Shown here one piece after another: positions 1 to 13,706 of a DNA stretch of 64,000 nucleotides (its first letter is position 1; each line of letters begins with the position of its first letter). Origin of the DNA: Rhizodiscina lignyota (taxonomy: Eukaryota). Under the pieces are notes generated by a model that saw only the letters and a list, made by a program, of their open reading frames with translations, did no database searches and had not been told where the DNA came from. Made by a program: the position numbers and the translations under genes. The stretch covers positions 372,001 through 436,000 of the forward strand of contig ML978138.1 in assembly GCA_010015805.1 (NCBI GenBank), read 5' to 3'.

Positions 1-56
1 AAGCATCCAATTCACGTGCTGTACGGGCAGAAGACGCCACTAACCGTAAAATATAG

Positions 57-1384
57 GCGATTTTCTTGCGTCCGGTCGACTCGATGGCACCGTTGTTGTC
101 TTTGACGTGGAGACCAGTGGAGTCGCGCGCAAGTTGAGGGGCCACACCCGTCAAGTCCAATCGCTCAGTTGGTCGTCCGATGATCGATATCTACTCACAG
201 CATCTCATGACTGGAAGTGCATTCTCTGGGACTTGCAAGATGGCTCAAGGCTTCGAACGGTCCGGTTCGAGGCTCCCGTCTTCATCGCAGAGCTTCATCC
301 CAAGAATCATTTCCTCTTCGTGATTGCGCTCTTTGAAGACCAACCTCAACTCGTCGACGTCTCCTCCGAAACGCCTTTGAAACGTACCACCCCTTCCACC
401 CCGAAGCGGTCCCAGGCGGACAAAGAGAGCGGAGGCGAGAAACAAGCCGCGCAAGATGCGAAGAATACCACTACCGTCGCTACTTTCACGAGCAACGGCG
501 ACCACATACTATCTGGCACGAACAAGGGCTGGTTGAATGTTATTGATACGGCGACCTGCAAGACCTTCTACTCGACCCATCTGACGAACAGCATTGTAAT
601 CTACATCAGACTCAATGGCAAAGGAGAAACAATACTCGTCAACTCCAGCGATCGATGTGTACGCACGATCAAGCTTCCTAATTTCAGTTCTGATGGATTC
701 GACTGGGACAATCTGAGGTTAGAGGTTGAACACAAATTCCAGGATCAAATCAATCGGCAGTCATGGAATCATGCTTGCTTCAGTCCAGCAGACGGCGAGT
801 ATGCAGCTATGACATCCTACATGAACCACATCATCTACTTATGGGAGCGTGCCGAAAAAGGAAGTTTAGTCGCGGTGTTGGAAGGACCAAAGGAGGAGCT
901 GTCAGTCGTGGAATGGCATCCCAATAAGACTTTTGTTGCGGCCATTGGCGTGGACTCCGGTCGCATATACCTCTGGGCGACACCCACGCCTCAGCGATGG
1001 TCGGCACTTGCGCCAGACTTTGTCGAAGTGGAAGAGAACGTGGAGTACGTCGAGCGCGAAGACGAATTCGATATCCATCCGATCGAAGAGGTTCACAAGC
1101 GACGTTTAGACGCGGAAGATGAAGAGGTGGATGTTCTTACCACCGAGCCTGCCAAGGCGGAGTCTGTCGATGGGCAATTCCGGATGCCTGTGCTGCTGGA
1201 TATCGAGGCAAGCGACAGCGAGGACGAAATGATAGCGATTGGTGCGGGCCAGTTCCGTAGGAAGAGCCCCGGGGCTGGACGAGATTGGGGCGATGAAGGG
1301 AGCAACGCTCCGAGTGGAGACGAGCGAAAGGTGAATGGTGCTGTGAGAGGCACCAACGGAAACAAGAGACGAAGAGCCGAGTGA
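57..1384 (+). CDS. SWD1: COMPASS/Set1C WD40 subunit Swd1 (RBBP5 orthologue); 5'-partial, last exon
   Basis: Branch CTAAC (~39-43) and acceptor TAG at 54-56 give GDFLASGRLDG. WD40 repeats are followed by the Swd1/RBBP5 signature WSALAPDFVEVEENVEYVEREDEFDI. Confidence 0.93.
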
Positions 1385-3243
1385 TTGAACATTCAATCGA
1401 TCGGTTGATTTCCTCGGTATGTTACTGACATTGCAAAGCAACATATCTCTCTTCCTTCTCCGTCGCCTACCAGGCGAGTAGGAATACTTAAACAAAACAC
1501 AGAGAAGATCTGCTGCGACAAACTGCTCTAGCAGTGGTGCAGTCCAGGATGGCAGAGAGACAGCTAGGTATCTTTTTGATTTGCCTGCATATACGACTTA
1601 AGACTCGACATTTGGCACGAATGTGCCTTGGTATGGGTCCAGCAGATGTTCATTGGAGATGAGCATGGTGGCTAAATTGGGCATCATCCGCTGCAATGGG
1701 TAGTTGGTTGGGGAATTCATCCCCACGAGATATATTCGAACGAGATCCAATGACAGACGATTATGAATGACACTTCAATCTGAGTTACAAAATCGGCCAT
1801 GTCTACGCTGGTAGAGCGGCTACGCGATCAAAAGTGTTTCGAACTCGTCCACAGCCACACTTAGATACCTGAACGACTTCTTTCGGCGATACTTCACCGA
1901 ACCTCAGCACGCCAACCCACACAGCCAGCAGCAGATCAGACACTTCCCCGAAAAGGCCACAACTGAACCACCGGTTTTTAATTCGATACTAGACACGCAC
2001 GCCATATACGAGCGAATGCTCCAAGTAAATTGCATCTTACAGCCAACAACCTCTCCGAGCTCGGATGGGAGAAAGATGAAGGCACAAGAACATTAGCAGA
2101 AGTGATACAGCAGAAGTGCGCCGATGGCATACTCACGAGAAATGAAAGTGTTCATAAGTCATAAGGTATTATGAGTGAAAGACAGAGGTTCATGTACGAA
2201 GCTTTGGTCAGGGTTAGGGTTCCAACACACGTTGAAGTTTCCACATGTAGACAACAACAGTCCCTTGTGAATTGGATGAGAATAGTCCGAATGAGAAACC
2301 AACTTGTTTGTATACTACTGTTGGAGGTAGTGGAAGTAGCCCACAGGCACCCTCAGATGCTTGGACAGATAACAGTTCAGAGAGAAACATTCTATGATTG
2401 AACATAGTAAGAAGTGAGACAACTCTGACATCGCAACTGACTCGAAAGTAGTCGTGGAGGCACATCCGCTTATGCACGTCCTGCCGCTGCAAGTCGCCGA
2501 GCAGGCTGTTATACGCTTTGAACATGTTGATGGACGGCAGTTCAACGCATTCCTGACTGTGGGCAAGGCGTCGGCGGCTTGGAGAAAGTTGCAACTTCAT
2601 CGCCGAGTTGAGAGTGGTCGTAGCTTCCGTTTTTGCAGCTCACGAGCAGTATCGCCTGACCTATTTCCTCCGCATTCCTTTCTCGCCGATTCTATAATCT
2701 TATGTGTGGCTTGTTCGGATGGCAAAACCTCGAGTCGGAGAGGTCCACTTGCACAAGCAAGCTGAACATTCTTCTTGGCAGCGCACAGCCACAGAAGTCA
2801 ACAAAAGAAAGCCACATGTTCTCGGCCCGTTTTGGACTCGTACGTCTGCGACAAGTGTGGAAGCCTGACAGTTGCCCAACCCACGCAAAGCAATGCGCAA
2901 CATTGGACCAGGAAACGCACCGAACAGACCATCAACACGGCGACCCTCATTGGCTCTCGACGCCACAGTGGGGTGTGATGAGGAAATGACGACACAGATG
3001 CTGCGCCACCTCACCTGCATGATGAGAGCTCCTTCCCCCATGGGATCTTGGCTGTTGGTGGAGAGAGAGCTCGTGCTCACTCTGCAACTACAAACCAACA
3101 TCCTCTCCCACTATTTCCTCCTCTTTGGGCCCTTTACTTCCTGTCGCCTCACTTCTAATTCTCACCTGTCATAGCTGCTGATTTCCTCAAACCTGTCTTG
3201 CTCAATTCTCACGTCCTTCCCACTATCACTCTAAGCGCCGACA

Positions 3244-4882
3244 ATGGCAGGCCACAATGACCCACGCCTGCTTTACTCAATAGCCGGCATCAGAGCCTAC
3301 CACATCCAAAATGGCGAAGAATCGCCTCTCACGCCTTCCGGCCCTCAAACCCTCTCCCTCCTTATGGTCCCCACCTCCTCCCCCTTCGCCGACCTCAGCA
3401 ACACCTACGCACAGAACGAAGTCCCAGAGGAAGACTTCTACCTGCACCTCAACCTCCCTCCAGAGCTCGACCTCCCGCTCCCCGCGACGACACAGATCTA
3501 CCACCAGCCACCGCGCAGCTACCTCATCCCACGATGGGATTTGGGACCAGACTCGGGCGCATTCACGCGTATAGAGTTTCCGTCGCTGGGGAAGGGGCCA
3601 AATCAGGTCTCGCAGGAGGACATTGATACGTTCGAAACGATTCTGGCACAGTGCACAGCGTTTCTGGAGCGCGCTCATCCTCCGACGTCGGGGAAGGCGC
3701 TGCAGGGAGAGAAGGGAGTAGCGAGCTATAATCCGGCGGATTTTGCGCCTGGAGAGGCGTATGCGAAGGGGACAGCTAGCTCGAATCATGGACAGATTGT
3801 ACTAGTGGATGAGGATGATGGAAGCGTCGTTGGCGAACTTACAGATGGCGCACAAGTGGTTGAGCATGAGACGTTGAAGCCAGGTCAAAAAGGTAACTTG
3901 ATATGTCCCGCTACCAATTGAACCATGTGCTTACAATCTTCGTCTAGATCCCGTAGAAATCCAAATCTCCCCCGACGGCAAACGCATCGACGTCCGCCCC
4001 GTCAGCGAAGATTACCTACGCATGGCGCGCCACCCCGCCTACCGAGACAGCAGCATGGTGCAAAACGCTGCTGCGGCCTCGCGCCTCATCGTCACCGGCA
4101 GCTCCTATCTGTCGAACCTGATGTCCAGCGGCGCAGACAACTTCATGGCCAAGACTAAGCCCGTCGAAAGACCGCTCACCTTCACGCCCACCACGCATGA
4201 CCGCGTGCGCAAGATCCACAGCTTCACGGCTGGCGCGGCGGACCTGAGCGCCAAGACGGTCGGGCAAGTGGGCAAGATTGCGCAGAATGTCGGCGCGACG
4301 CTGGCGAAGAGGGAAGCGAAGAAGAATAAGAATAAGGAACCTACTGAGGATTATAAACCAGGACTATTGAACAAGAGCATGATCGCGTTCAGCACGCTGG
4401 CTGATGGTATCGCGTTCTCCGGCAAGAGCATCCTACAGACCGGCCAGGCGGCCACCAGCACCGTGGTGCGGCATAGATACGGCGACGAGGCCGGCGGCAT
4501 CGCGCACCAGCTTGCGGGGGGTGTCACGAACGTGGGCCTTGTCTACATTGATGTAACGGGTGTCTCAAGGCGGGCAGTGATCAAATCGGTCGCGAAAGGC
4601 ATGGTGGTCGGGCGTGTTAAAGGTGGGGGTGAAGTGGTGGTCGGCGGTGGTGATGGAGGCGTCGTGCCCGAATCTGACCTCCGCAAGGCAGCTGGGGGCG
4701 GTGTTACCAACGACAATCTTGGGCAGACACAGGTCGGCGGACCGCCGGGACCAGGACTCGTGGGCTTTGGGAATGCCGCACCGCCGCCGTCGTCGTACGG
4801 CGGTAGCACGGTTGGCGAACCGCTCGGGTCGGCGGGCTTGCATGGCCAGAATTATATGGGTGAAAAGGGTGGCCGGTATTGA
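3244..4882 (+). CDS. Spartin/senescence-domain-containing protein, 2 exons
   Basis: ORFs 3244-3921 and 4022-4882 join in frame through intron 3893-3947 (GTAACT...CTAG). The C-terminal helical segment (LLNKSMIAFSTLADGI...VVRHRYGDEAG...GVSRRAVIKSVAKG) is typical of the senescence domain. Confidence 0.8.
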
Positions 4883-7800
4883 GATTTTCTGGTGTTTGGG
4901 AAATGGGAATTACGAAAAGGGTATGACGTTTATATGAATGGGTCATGAAGGGTACTCCGAAAATAGGTGCATTCCGTGGGCTTCCGTGTGTGGAAGGTTC
5001 AGGGTCGTACAGTTGTTGTTTCTTCAGGTTTGCTTCTCTCACCACGGGCATAAACGCATATTGACATTATCGTCACGTGATGAGACCGCGGATTGCTCCT
5101 GACGACAAACATTTTTTGAGCGACGTGTATATTTTCTCATTGATACCTAGAATGTTAGTTCCGCGGGTGTTGGACTCTAAGCGCCTATGATGTGTGTCGT
5201 CACTGCTATTCCTACCTCTTGAACAAGTTTCATTATTCTTCCTAACTTCTTAATTCGAGGTTTCGCAACACCATTTTGACTCCAAGTTGTTCACTCCGGA
5301 AAGCTCTTCGCTTCAATTCCACCGGAACAATGCATAGGCTTTTTCGCTCGACCTTTGCTTCTCTACTCTCAACGCCCTGGATGGAATCGACGCCGGGCCG
5401 AATGCGCAGCTTCGAGCATGCCCTCAAGTCGAACTTTGTGAGTCACGCCGTAACGGTAAGTGTTCTCCTGCTTTGTTAGCGCTGTACTGCTGGTGTCAAT
5501 GCTCAATTCAACTGATGCTCGCTCGTCACCAGGCCGCGTCAAAATCGACTACTGCTGTCGCTGAAGTGTCCGCGAACACTATGACCGGCGTCTCAGGAGC
5601 AACCGCAATTGCCAAGAAGGGTTTGAAAGCCGTTGTTCGGGATCCCGTCATTAGCGTGAGCAAGCAACGCAATCCGTCGACATCGACAGTCAACAACTCC
5701 GTCTCTTTTGAGCAAGACTGGGTCTCGGTTCACCAACGTTTGGCACCTTGGGCATGAATTGAAGCCAAGTATTTTGTTGCAAAGGCTTGGCGACGTTGGT
5801 GGATGGACGGAGACCGTGCCGTGTCGCTGATCTTCTATCGCGCGAAGTGGTCTCACCTTGCCCGCCTCACTTATGTCCGTTGGGTATTGTTTGAACGGAA
5901 GCTAAGCCTCCATCGGGCCACCATGAAGTCCATGAAGCGGGGTACGAAGACAATTCTCATAGTTTGGACGTTGGAGAGTCGGTGAGAGCACCTGGGGTCG
6001 GGACGAGATCGGATCAAAGGACTGCGAGCCGATAATAGCTAATGCGCGAGGGTGTCCGGTGGGAGGCAATTGTTTAACGTCCAAATAAAGTTGATTCTCT
6101 GCGGTCCGACTGATCCTTGCATTTCGATTTGATGGGTGGACAGGTGTGATGGGCTTGCCCGTCTTGCAGCCGACCATGGCGCAATGCGCCAGCCTGCCTC
6201 GTGGTCGCAGGCCCGATGCTGCCGACCTGTGCATTCGGCAATTGACCGAAATGCCGCCGACGGCGTGCCTCGTGTTCCGTGGAATGTCGTGCTCGAGAGA
6301 GTTAGCATGCCGGTTGTGCTGGTGGCGTCGTAGAGTCGGCGGGAGTGCGGTCACTGCGGTGTCGGTGAGGGCAGGAGGTGCATTGCAGGCCCTCAGTTCA
6401 AGCGTGGTGGACAAAGGGCGCTAGCGAAAGGGAGCACAGAGATCTTAAGAATACGGAAGATCAGACGAGGCAGACTCGCGTCGCTAGTTGCCAATGGAGC
6501 TAGGAAAGGAAAGAGAGACATTCTGCACAAGCAGTGCCTTGGCTGTTTCATTAATCAAAGACATCATTGGTAAAAGCCAATTTTCAGGGGGATGCGAACA
6601 GGTGCAGACGGAAGTGGGAAAATGTGGCAGTGAGCGGAGTCGACGACTCCTCCCCCGGGGCCACGATGGCTTTAATATGAGCAACGGTGGTTATGCACTG
6701 CCTCAACCATCACAGAGGTCTAGATTCGAGGCAACTCGTGAAAAGGAACGCGCCCAGCGATTGTGACAAGTCGGATTCCCGTGGTGGTGGTACGCCGGTA
6801 TGCCGAGAGTCGTGGGCAGCGCGTGGTGAACGTGGAAATGCAGGCAATGCCTCTCGCCTCACGCTCGCCCGCACGCCTGGGGAAGTAATCATCCGGATTT
6901 AGCTTTATGCAGGGTGCAGTTATATTTGCGTCATGCAGCTTTGACGTCTTCCATCCCAGCCGCACGGTGGTGCTGGGTAGGCCTACCGCCTCGCGAACCA
7001 CTCCTTACCAGGAGAGGGCAGGGAGGCCATCTTGTTTTCGTGTTCGCGTAGAGTTTTGAATCTCGATAGTCCCTTGAAGAGTTTTCATCCCAGCTGCGAC
7101 GGCGGGGGCCAGGCCGAAGACCTTACTCGTTGCGCGTAGAGGATTGATACTGAACTCCAAGCGAGTTGCAGCGACAGGAGGTTGAAGACGATCATGATGA
7201 GATTAGCCTTCGAGGAGTGAAACCCGCGGCTTGCGTTGGATGCGCTTCCATGCCACTGCCGCCGCTGCTCGGGAGATTGGCCAATAGCCAGCACGGTTCA
7301 CTGCAAGATGCGCGAGTGAGGATAGTCGCCGTCGCCGTCATGCACGGTGAGCGAGTGGCAGTTGCCGGCCGACAAGCGAGAGCGAGAGCCGACATGACCT
7401 CCTCCACGCGCCCTGGACAGCAGATGCTGCGCTGTCGATTGCGTCGAATATGGACAGCGGTGGCCTGCGTTCGACTTAGCAGCCGGTCCCTGCGATCGCG
7501 TAGAGCGCGCTGCCGTGCGACGCCGGGTGTGCGGTGGTACAGTACACAGGCACTCCGCACGCCGCCAGCGCGGATCCTCATCATCGCTGTCCCAATCATG
7601 TGCCAAGCATTCCATTTTTGGACGCTCGCACGCGACAGCTGGGAGGGGGTGGACGGAATGGGCGTTGTGGAGGCGTCCATCTCCAGCGGTGCCGGGCAAT
7701 TGGGTTGCGGATGTCATGCTGAGCTGCTGCAATACAGCGTTTAGACTCTATGCTGCCCTCGTTATTCCCGGCGTCTGTCTCCTCCACCTGTCAGGGCAGC

Positions 7801-9845
7801 GGTTTGATTGATATTCCAGCTTCGGAATGGTCGGTATGCCTGCTGCGTCACTGCACACCATTTCGGAGAGCATCCCGGCGGTGTGGATCGCTAGAAGCCT
7901 TACCTCACCTGCCCTCTGTACCAAGGCCGCAACGCGCCGCTCGACGCCGCGCCGTCTGGCATAGATCAACTGGGCCGGTGTCACTCTGCTCGGCAGCCAT
8001 CTTGCATATCGCATCTGTCCGGTGAGGTCAGACGGGAAGAGGAAGCTATTCATTAGGTTTTTCAAGGTTTGGCGGCAGCTAGCAGCGACACTCACCTCCT
8101 CTGCCACTTCGACAGTGACGCCGCCCTCTCGGAATGCCAACCGCACCGTCGAACCCTTTCTGGGACGCACGAGGCCCTGCATGCTCCGAAATTTGCCGAG
8201 TGTCCGTGGCCTCTAGTCCTCGGGGGGCCGGTTTCGGGCGGACTGTATGCCTGGAAAGCTATACGTACTCCTCTCGATGGTACGTACAGCTGTAGGGCTC
8301 GAGAGAGCGCTAGCAGCCATGCTGGCCATGTTGCATGCTGGCATGCTCCGGAGCGTAGAATTGCCCGGCACTCTCGCTGATACTACACTCGCTGATGGCG
8401 CGGGAGCGCCTGTCTTTATGGAGCGTCGAGGCCACTGTGGATTACGACTTCCACGGCGTCATGGCGACGTCGCTGCTGTCTTACTCAAATGCTCTTAGAT
8501 CCCGCGGCCCTGGCTGTCGGGACTGTTGCTGCGATCAGGAGGAGCTTCGAAACGATCGTGGACCCTCCCAGGGCGTAACGAGGGCATGCACCTAGCGCCG
8601 GCACGCATTAAGCTACGCTCTAGCCTGCGCCGCAACGGTTGTGGGTGCCGATCATGGGTGCTCGTGGTCTGCTCCAGTCGGCTGCTCCTGGTTCCAACAA
8701 TTCTCCATCCGCCGGGGCCGCTGAAATTCAAGGAACTCATCCATGACCTGATGCTGCCCGATTCCTGCTCGGACTTGCGCGACCAGTTGCTTCCGGCTCA
8801 GCACACTAGCCACGTGTGGACGTCCCCGGCACCTACGGCAGGACTAGCTGTCGTTTTCTCGTTGGCTTAGGTAGTTCACCGCGAGGAAGACGATAAGCGG
8901 CCTCCAAGCAACCCCCAACTGCAACTTGCAACTCCCACGGCGCACGTTACCACTACGCAATTGCAATGGTCATGCTGCTCGGAGATCTCTCCAGTCAGGT
9001 GCCTGGCTCCCTCTGCGCCGCCGTGCAAGCACCCCCAAGTTCCAACTGACGTTATGTCTGACGGACGCTGCAGGATGCGAACGCTTGAAAACGCCGCATG
9101 TGGAGTGCGTGCCACACGACCCTCTCCCAATAGGAACCCTCTCCCGGCGAGATTCCAGGGAAGCTTAGAGCGTGTTCAGCCACCGACTCCTAACTCATCT
9201 TGACGTGGAGCTTAAACCCATCAAATTAGCAGTGATAGTCAAGCCATCCTCTCTTGCTCCTAGCCTGCGTGCATGGATGCCGCAATACATCCAATCACGG
9301 CGAAGCGTGCTCGCTGCTGAAATGCCATAATTGGGATATGCCGCCAGACCATCGCCTGTTTCTGCCCTTCACTTCTACATATTCTGGCGCCAACTCCCGT
9401 ACCCAGCATCCGCAGAGCACATCGCTCGCAAACCGCCGACTGGTTTACACAGTCGCTTCTGCGTGCAAGACGCCGGTCATCGTGGTCTGTGCCGGTCAGC
9501 CCTAACACAGCTTCGTTCGTGGGTGGACGTTTAGAGCGCGAGCGTGTCTACTTAGAGCCTGCTAAGGGCCGGGAGTTTCGCGTGTTTGGACGTCCAGCGT
9601 AGCAATTTGAATAGTCCATTGCCCCTGGTCCTTGCCTGCACAGGAACAACGCCTGAGGCTCCAGCCACGCATTCCTACCCCATAACCGTGCTCTGAGGCT
9701 CTGCATCATAGGTCCCACCAGGCTGCCTGATCTGCTGCAATCGTGTTGCTTGGAAGCTGCCACCGCAGGCCCACTCGTCCCGAGAATTTATTCTTCAAGC
9801 CACTGCGATCCAGATCCACCACGTCTTCCGGACCACCACTTTTCT

Positions 9846-10981
9846 ATGCCGGCCACCTATCTCTCCACTCGTCCGCTTCGACTCGTGGATGGTCCAATCG
9901 CAATGATGGATCATCACTCGAACATGCCAGAACCTCAGAAACCCACCTCTCCACAGACAAGTTACTCATCCGAGTCAGAGGTGAAAGCTGCCGGTATGAG
10001 TCAGTCTGGTGCAAAACGACGGCCATCCCGAGCAGGAACGAGGAGTGTCTCTACTCTCACTGCGGCACAGTTGGAGAGGAAGCGCGCAAACGACCGCGAG
10101 GCTCAACGCGCCATCCGCCAGAGAACCAAGGAGCACATCGAGAACCTGGAACGGAGAATCGCAGAGTTGACTGCCACCGATGACACGAGCTCCAAGCTGA
10201 TGCAAGCGCTCCAGCGCAACGAGGAACTCGAGCACGAGAACGCTATTCTGCGCTCTCGACTTGGCCAAACTGTTGGTGTGTACCCGGGAGAAGGCGAAGG
10301 TATGCGCCGGAGATTTTTGGACCCTTATTATTATGAGTTTACCCTTCCTAACTTGAAGTAATAGGCATAGGGGGTGCCTCTCCATCCGGTAGGATTGCGT
10401 TGGTTGGTCAATCGAGGCTCTCTGCTACACCGACGCGAAGTGTCGCCAGCCTTTCGTCCACCGTCTCTCAGCCTGAGCACTGGCAGCATCACGCAGCTCA
10501 CAGTACAACATCAACTCCGACGATTGGTGCATCATCCAGCAACGTTGCCCCAGAATCTTCTCAGTCTGGCATGGGCTGGTCTCAGCACGCTCACGGGCTG
10601 CCTCGACCACTTGGACAGCCTGAAGCTCCTCAGCACGCTTTACATCAAGTTGAACCTTCACAGCCCGCCCCAACCAGCAGCTACAGCTACATGTTGGATT
10701 CTAGCGGTCGCCCCGTACATTATCAACCATCCGAGCAAGTTCCAATGTCTTACGACCAGACCCAGACCGGCCATCCACCCAATCCCTATCAGTCACCAGA
10801 TTACCAGTCGCGAAACATCGGTGCAGAAGTCGCGCAGCAACCTCCTACATATCCAGCATACCAGAGCCACCAAGGATACATGGCCAGCGCGCCTATGGCA
10901 CAATCGCAGCAACCACCACATTCGCAAGCCTCGCAGCATATGATGTATAATATGCCACCCAACATGAAGCCCCAACAGTGA
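9846..10981 (+). CDS. bZIP transcription factor with Q/P/S-rich C-terminus, 2 exons
   Basis: Basic region and zipper LERKRANDREAQRAIRQRTKEHIENLERRIAEL. An intron from 10300 (GTATGC) to 10364 or 10370 joins the 10400-10981 frame. Start could be 9846 or a later ATG. Confidence 0.85.
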
Positions 10982-11969
10982 CAACCACAGCACACTTGCT
11001 CGAAAACTTCCTCATTGCGCATGATCGACGAGGCGATCCTCGTACCTTTCTAACTGCCGTACGCGCGTCTCCGTTTCGAGCGCGTACGCACGGTCAGGAT
11101 CGCAACGAACAATCGAATTTTCACGGGACGAGAGAGCACTGCGACAACAGAAGCACTTTATGACGGTCTCACAATTGCAAGGCGACAAACAACGTACGTC
11201 GAACCAATTCGGACCGACCTAGAGGCTAGAGTTGGGCCGCGAGCAACGAGTGAATTCGACCGCCATTTGCCACCAGAACATCCAGAACCTCCTTTTCAAC
11301 CCCTTCGGTCGAAGGACCAGCGAATACGACTTCTTAACACGCTCATGACGACGGTCGCAGTCTATGGAGTTCGTCAAGGGCGGCATTGAACATACTTATT
11401 TTCACACACACAAAACTAGCATAGCACGATGATTTACGAATGACTTCCCACGGCCTGGCACAACAAACACACGAGTTCACAATCCGATTCTAGTTTTCCT
11501 TGTCGATCGTTCCTCCACTGCACTTGGCATCGCATCCGTTCATCTCTTTTGAGCGCCTGCAGCGAACGAACCAGGGCATTTTCTCGTACGGAAGGGATTC
11601 GAAATGGAACTGCATAACCGGAGGCCAACATCTCTTTGCGACTATACCCGGAGGATTGGAGTTCCGAGTCTATAGCGTTGTTGCTATTGGGTGTGGCGGT
11701 GTTAAGAATCCCACTAAGCGCTATTCCAATACCATGAAGCTGCAGTTGGGGTTGGAACTCTCACTTCAACAGCTGTCAACAACTGCAAGAGTAATACAAA
11801 ATTGGAACTGCCACGACCTTCCTATAACAGCAACAAACACCGAATAAGCTCCGCAGCATACACATCACTACATCTCCTGATCTTTACGTTCGAAAACGGA
11901 AACTCAACCACCAACTTCTAAGCATGCCCACACGCCCACAGTCCCCCACGACGACAATAACCTAATCTC

Positions 11970-13706
11970 CTAACCTGCATGTTTCGACAGGGCCTCTTTC
12001 CTTTGTTGCTCACGAATCTTAGCCAAGAGCTCCGGATACTTCGGGTCAAGTCAGCCATGGACCCTTCAAACACCAACATTTCCAAACTTACCCAACGCTC
12101 ACCCACATCAGGGTGGCTTTTGACGCGATTCGCGAGAGTCGCCTCACCCAGATGCCCCCACATGCCCTTCCGAAAGCTGAACTCCACGTCCTGGGCCCTC
12201 TTGCCTTCGCTTTTCCGCTTATCGACCTCCTCCTTCAAACGCCGCACGCTCTCCGGCACGTCCATCTCCTCAAACTTTGCGTCGTAGCTCACGCCCTGGA
12301 AGAACGGACACGAAAAACGTGGGCCTTGGCCCTTCCGTGGGGAGAGGACCCGGTGCGTGGTGCTGGCGCATACCCCCCCGGTTACAGCCTCCAAACCTTG
12401 GCCGATGGCGACCACGAGCGTGCCCGCAATCGGCGACACGGGGACCCAATTGCCGCGGTGGTTCTGCGCCTGCAGGCCCGGCTGCGGGGAGCATTGCAGC
12501 AGGTAACTGGTCAGCATACTGTCCTTGTGTGGGCCGACGCCTTGGCGCGCGATGGCTTCGTCTTCCGAGACGGTGGCGTCGCGCGTGGCGTCGCTACTAC
12601 CATTGGCTCCATTGGTATTGTTTGGGGCCGGGGTGCCGTTTAAATTCGATAGATCGACTTCGGGATACTTCACAATTTTGAGCTTGTGCTGCTGGCTGGC
12701 GTCGAAGAAGCGGTCGAAGGTGGTCGCGGGCAGGCCGATCGCCTCGGCGATGAGAGATGTAAAGAATGTGCTGATGTCCGACATGCGGCGCATGTAGTCT
12801 TCGAAGACGGGGCGGAATTGTGGGAGACGCGATGGGGAGGGCCATTGGTTAGGAGCGAGGAGGTTATGGTAAAGAGGAGCGTCGGGTTCGGGAATGGGAT
12901 GAGGCGTCGATAGGTCCAGTTGCTCTCGATGGTCGGCATGGTGGGCGGTTGTTTCGTTGTCGAGCTGTTTACGTTCGATCAGCATGGAGTACGAGAAAGA
13001 AATTTGAACTTGGGCGGCAAAATCATATTCGCAAAAGCAAGCAAGCATCTGGCATTGAACGATTCATGATGACACTGACGGCCGGTTTGATCTTGCATGT
13101 ACAACATCCTTTTCTTAGCTGAACAAATTTCTCTTTTTGTCACAAACGATTGCTACTGTAACTAGAATATGAGGAGGCTGAAATCCATTGATCAATAGAC
13201 ACAAGCGTTTTTAGATAGCATAAGCAACGATTTCTCATGTATTGAAATAATCGCAATTTGTGCTGGTCAGAAGCCTGGCTAGGGAAATTCGTACTCGATT
13301 GAAGTAAAATCTGACTCTCCTTGAGACAACGGAAAACAGGCAAATATATAGCATTGTATAGGCATTGCAACTAGGATTTACTGCAAATAGCAAGCATTGG
13401 ACCAGGTAAAAATCCAAACGGAAGTTGACTTACGCGAGACCATCCTAGAAAGCTTTTCTGATTCTTCATCTCAATTCTCTCCTTCTCTTCTAAGGGCAAG
13501 ACATCCTCGTCGAAGAAACGGTGTGTCTGCTGGATAACTTGCTCCACCAGCTCGTCCGGCAGCCCAGTATCCGAGATATACATGAAGCCGACGCTGAGCA
13601 GGGCATCGCGGAGCTGTGCCAGAAAGGCGGGCTTTGTCTCTGGCGAGCGCGCCGCTGCGAGCGACAGCACTGGGACCTCCGTGAACGACGAAGGCGGTAT
13701 AGTCAT
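11970..13706 (-). CDS. 2-oxoglutarate/Fe(II)-dependent dioxygenase (IPNS/DIOX_N family), 3 exons
   Basis: DIOX_N-like N-terminus (VPVLSL...VGFMYISDTG), HKD...H iron triad (GVGPHKDS, TTHRV) and RFS co-substrate motif. Introns 13433-12965 and 12091-12039; stop TAG at 11970-11972. Confidence 0.9.

Noticed and set aside
2209..2221. Telomere-like GGGTTAGGGTT (also TAAGGGTTAGG near 50283)
   Set aside because: Fewer than two full TTAGGG units, expected by chance.
2171..3174. Cluster of 65-133-aa ORFs between SWD1 and the spartin-like gene
   Set aside because: No recognisable motifs and mutually overlapping. A decayed minus-strand gene is possible but cannot be supported.
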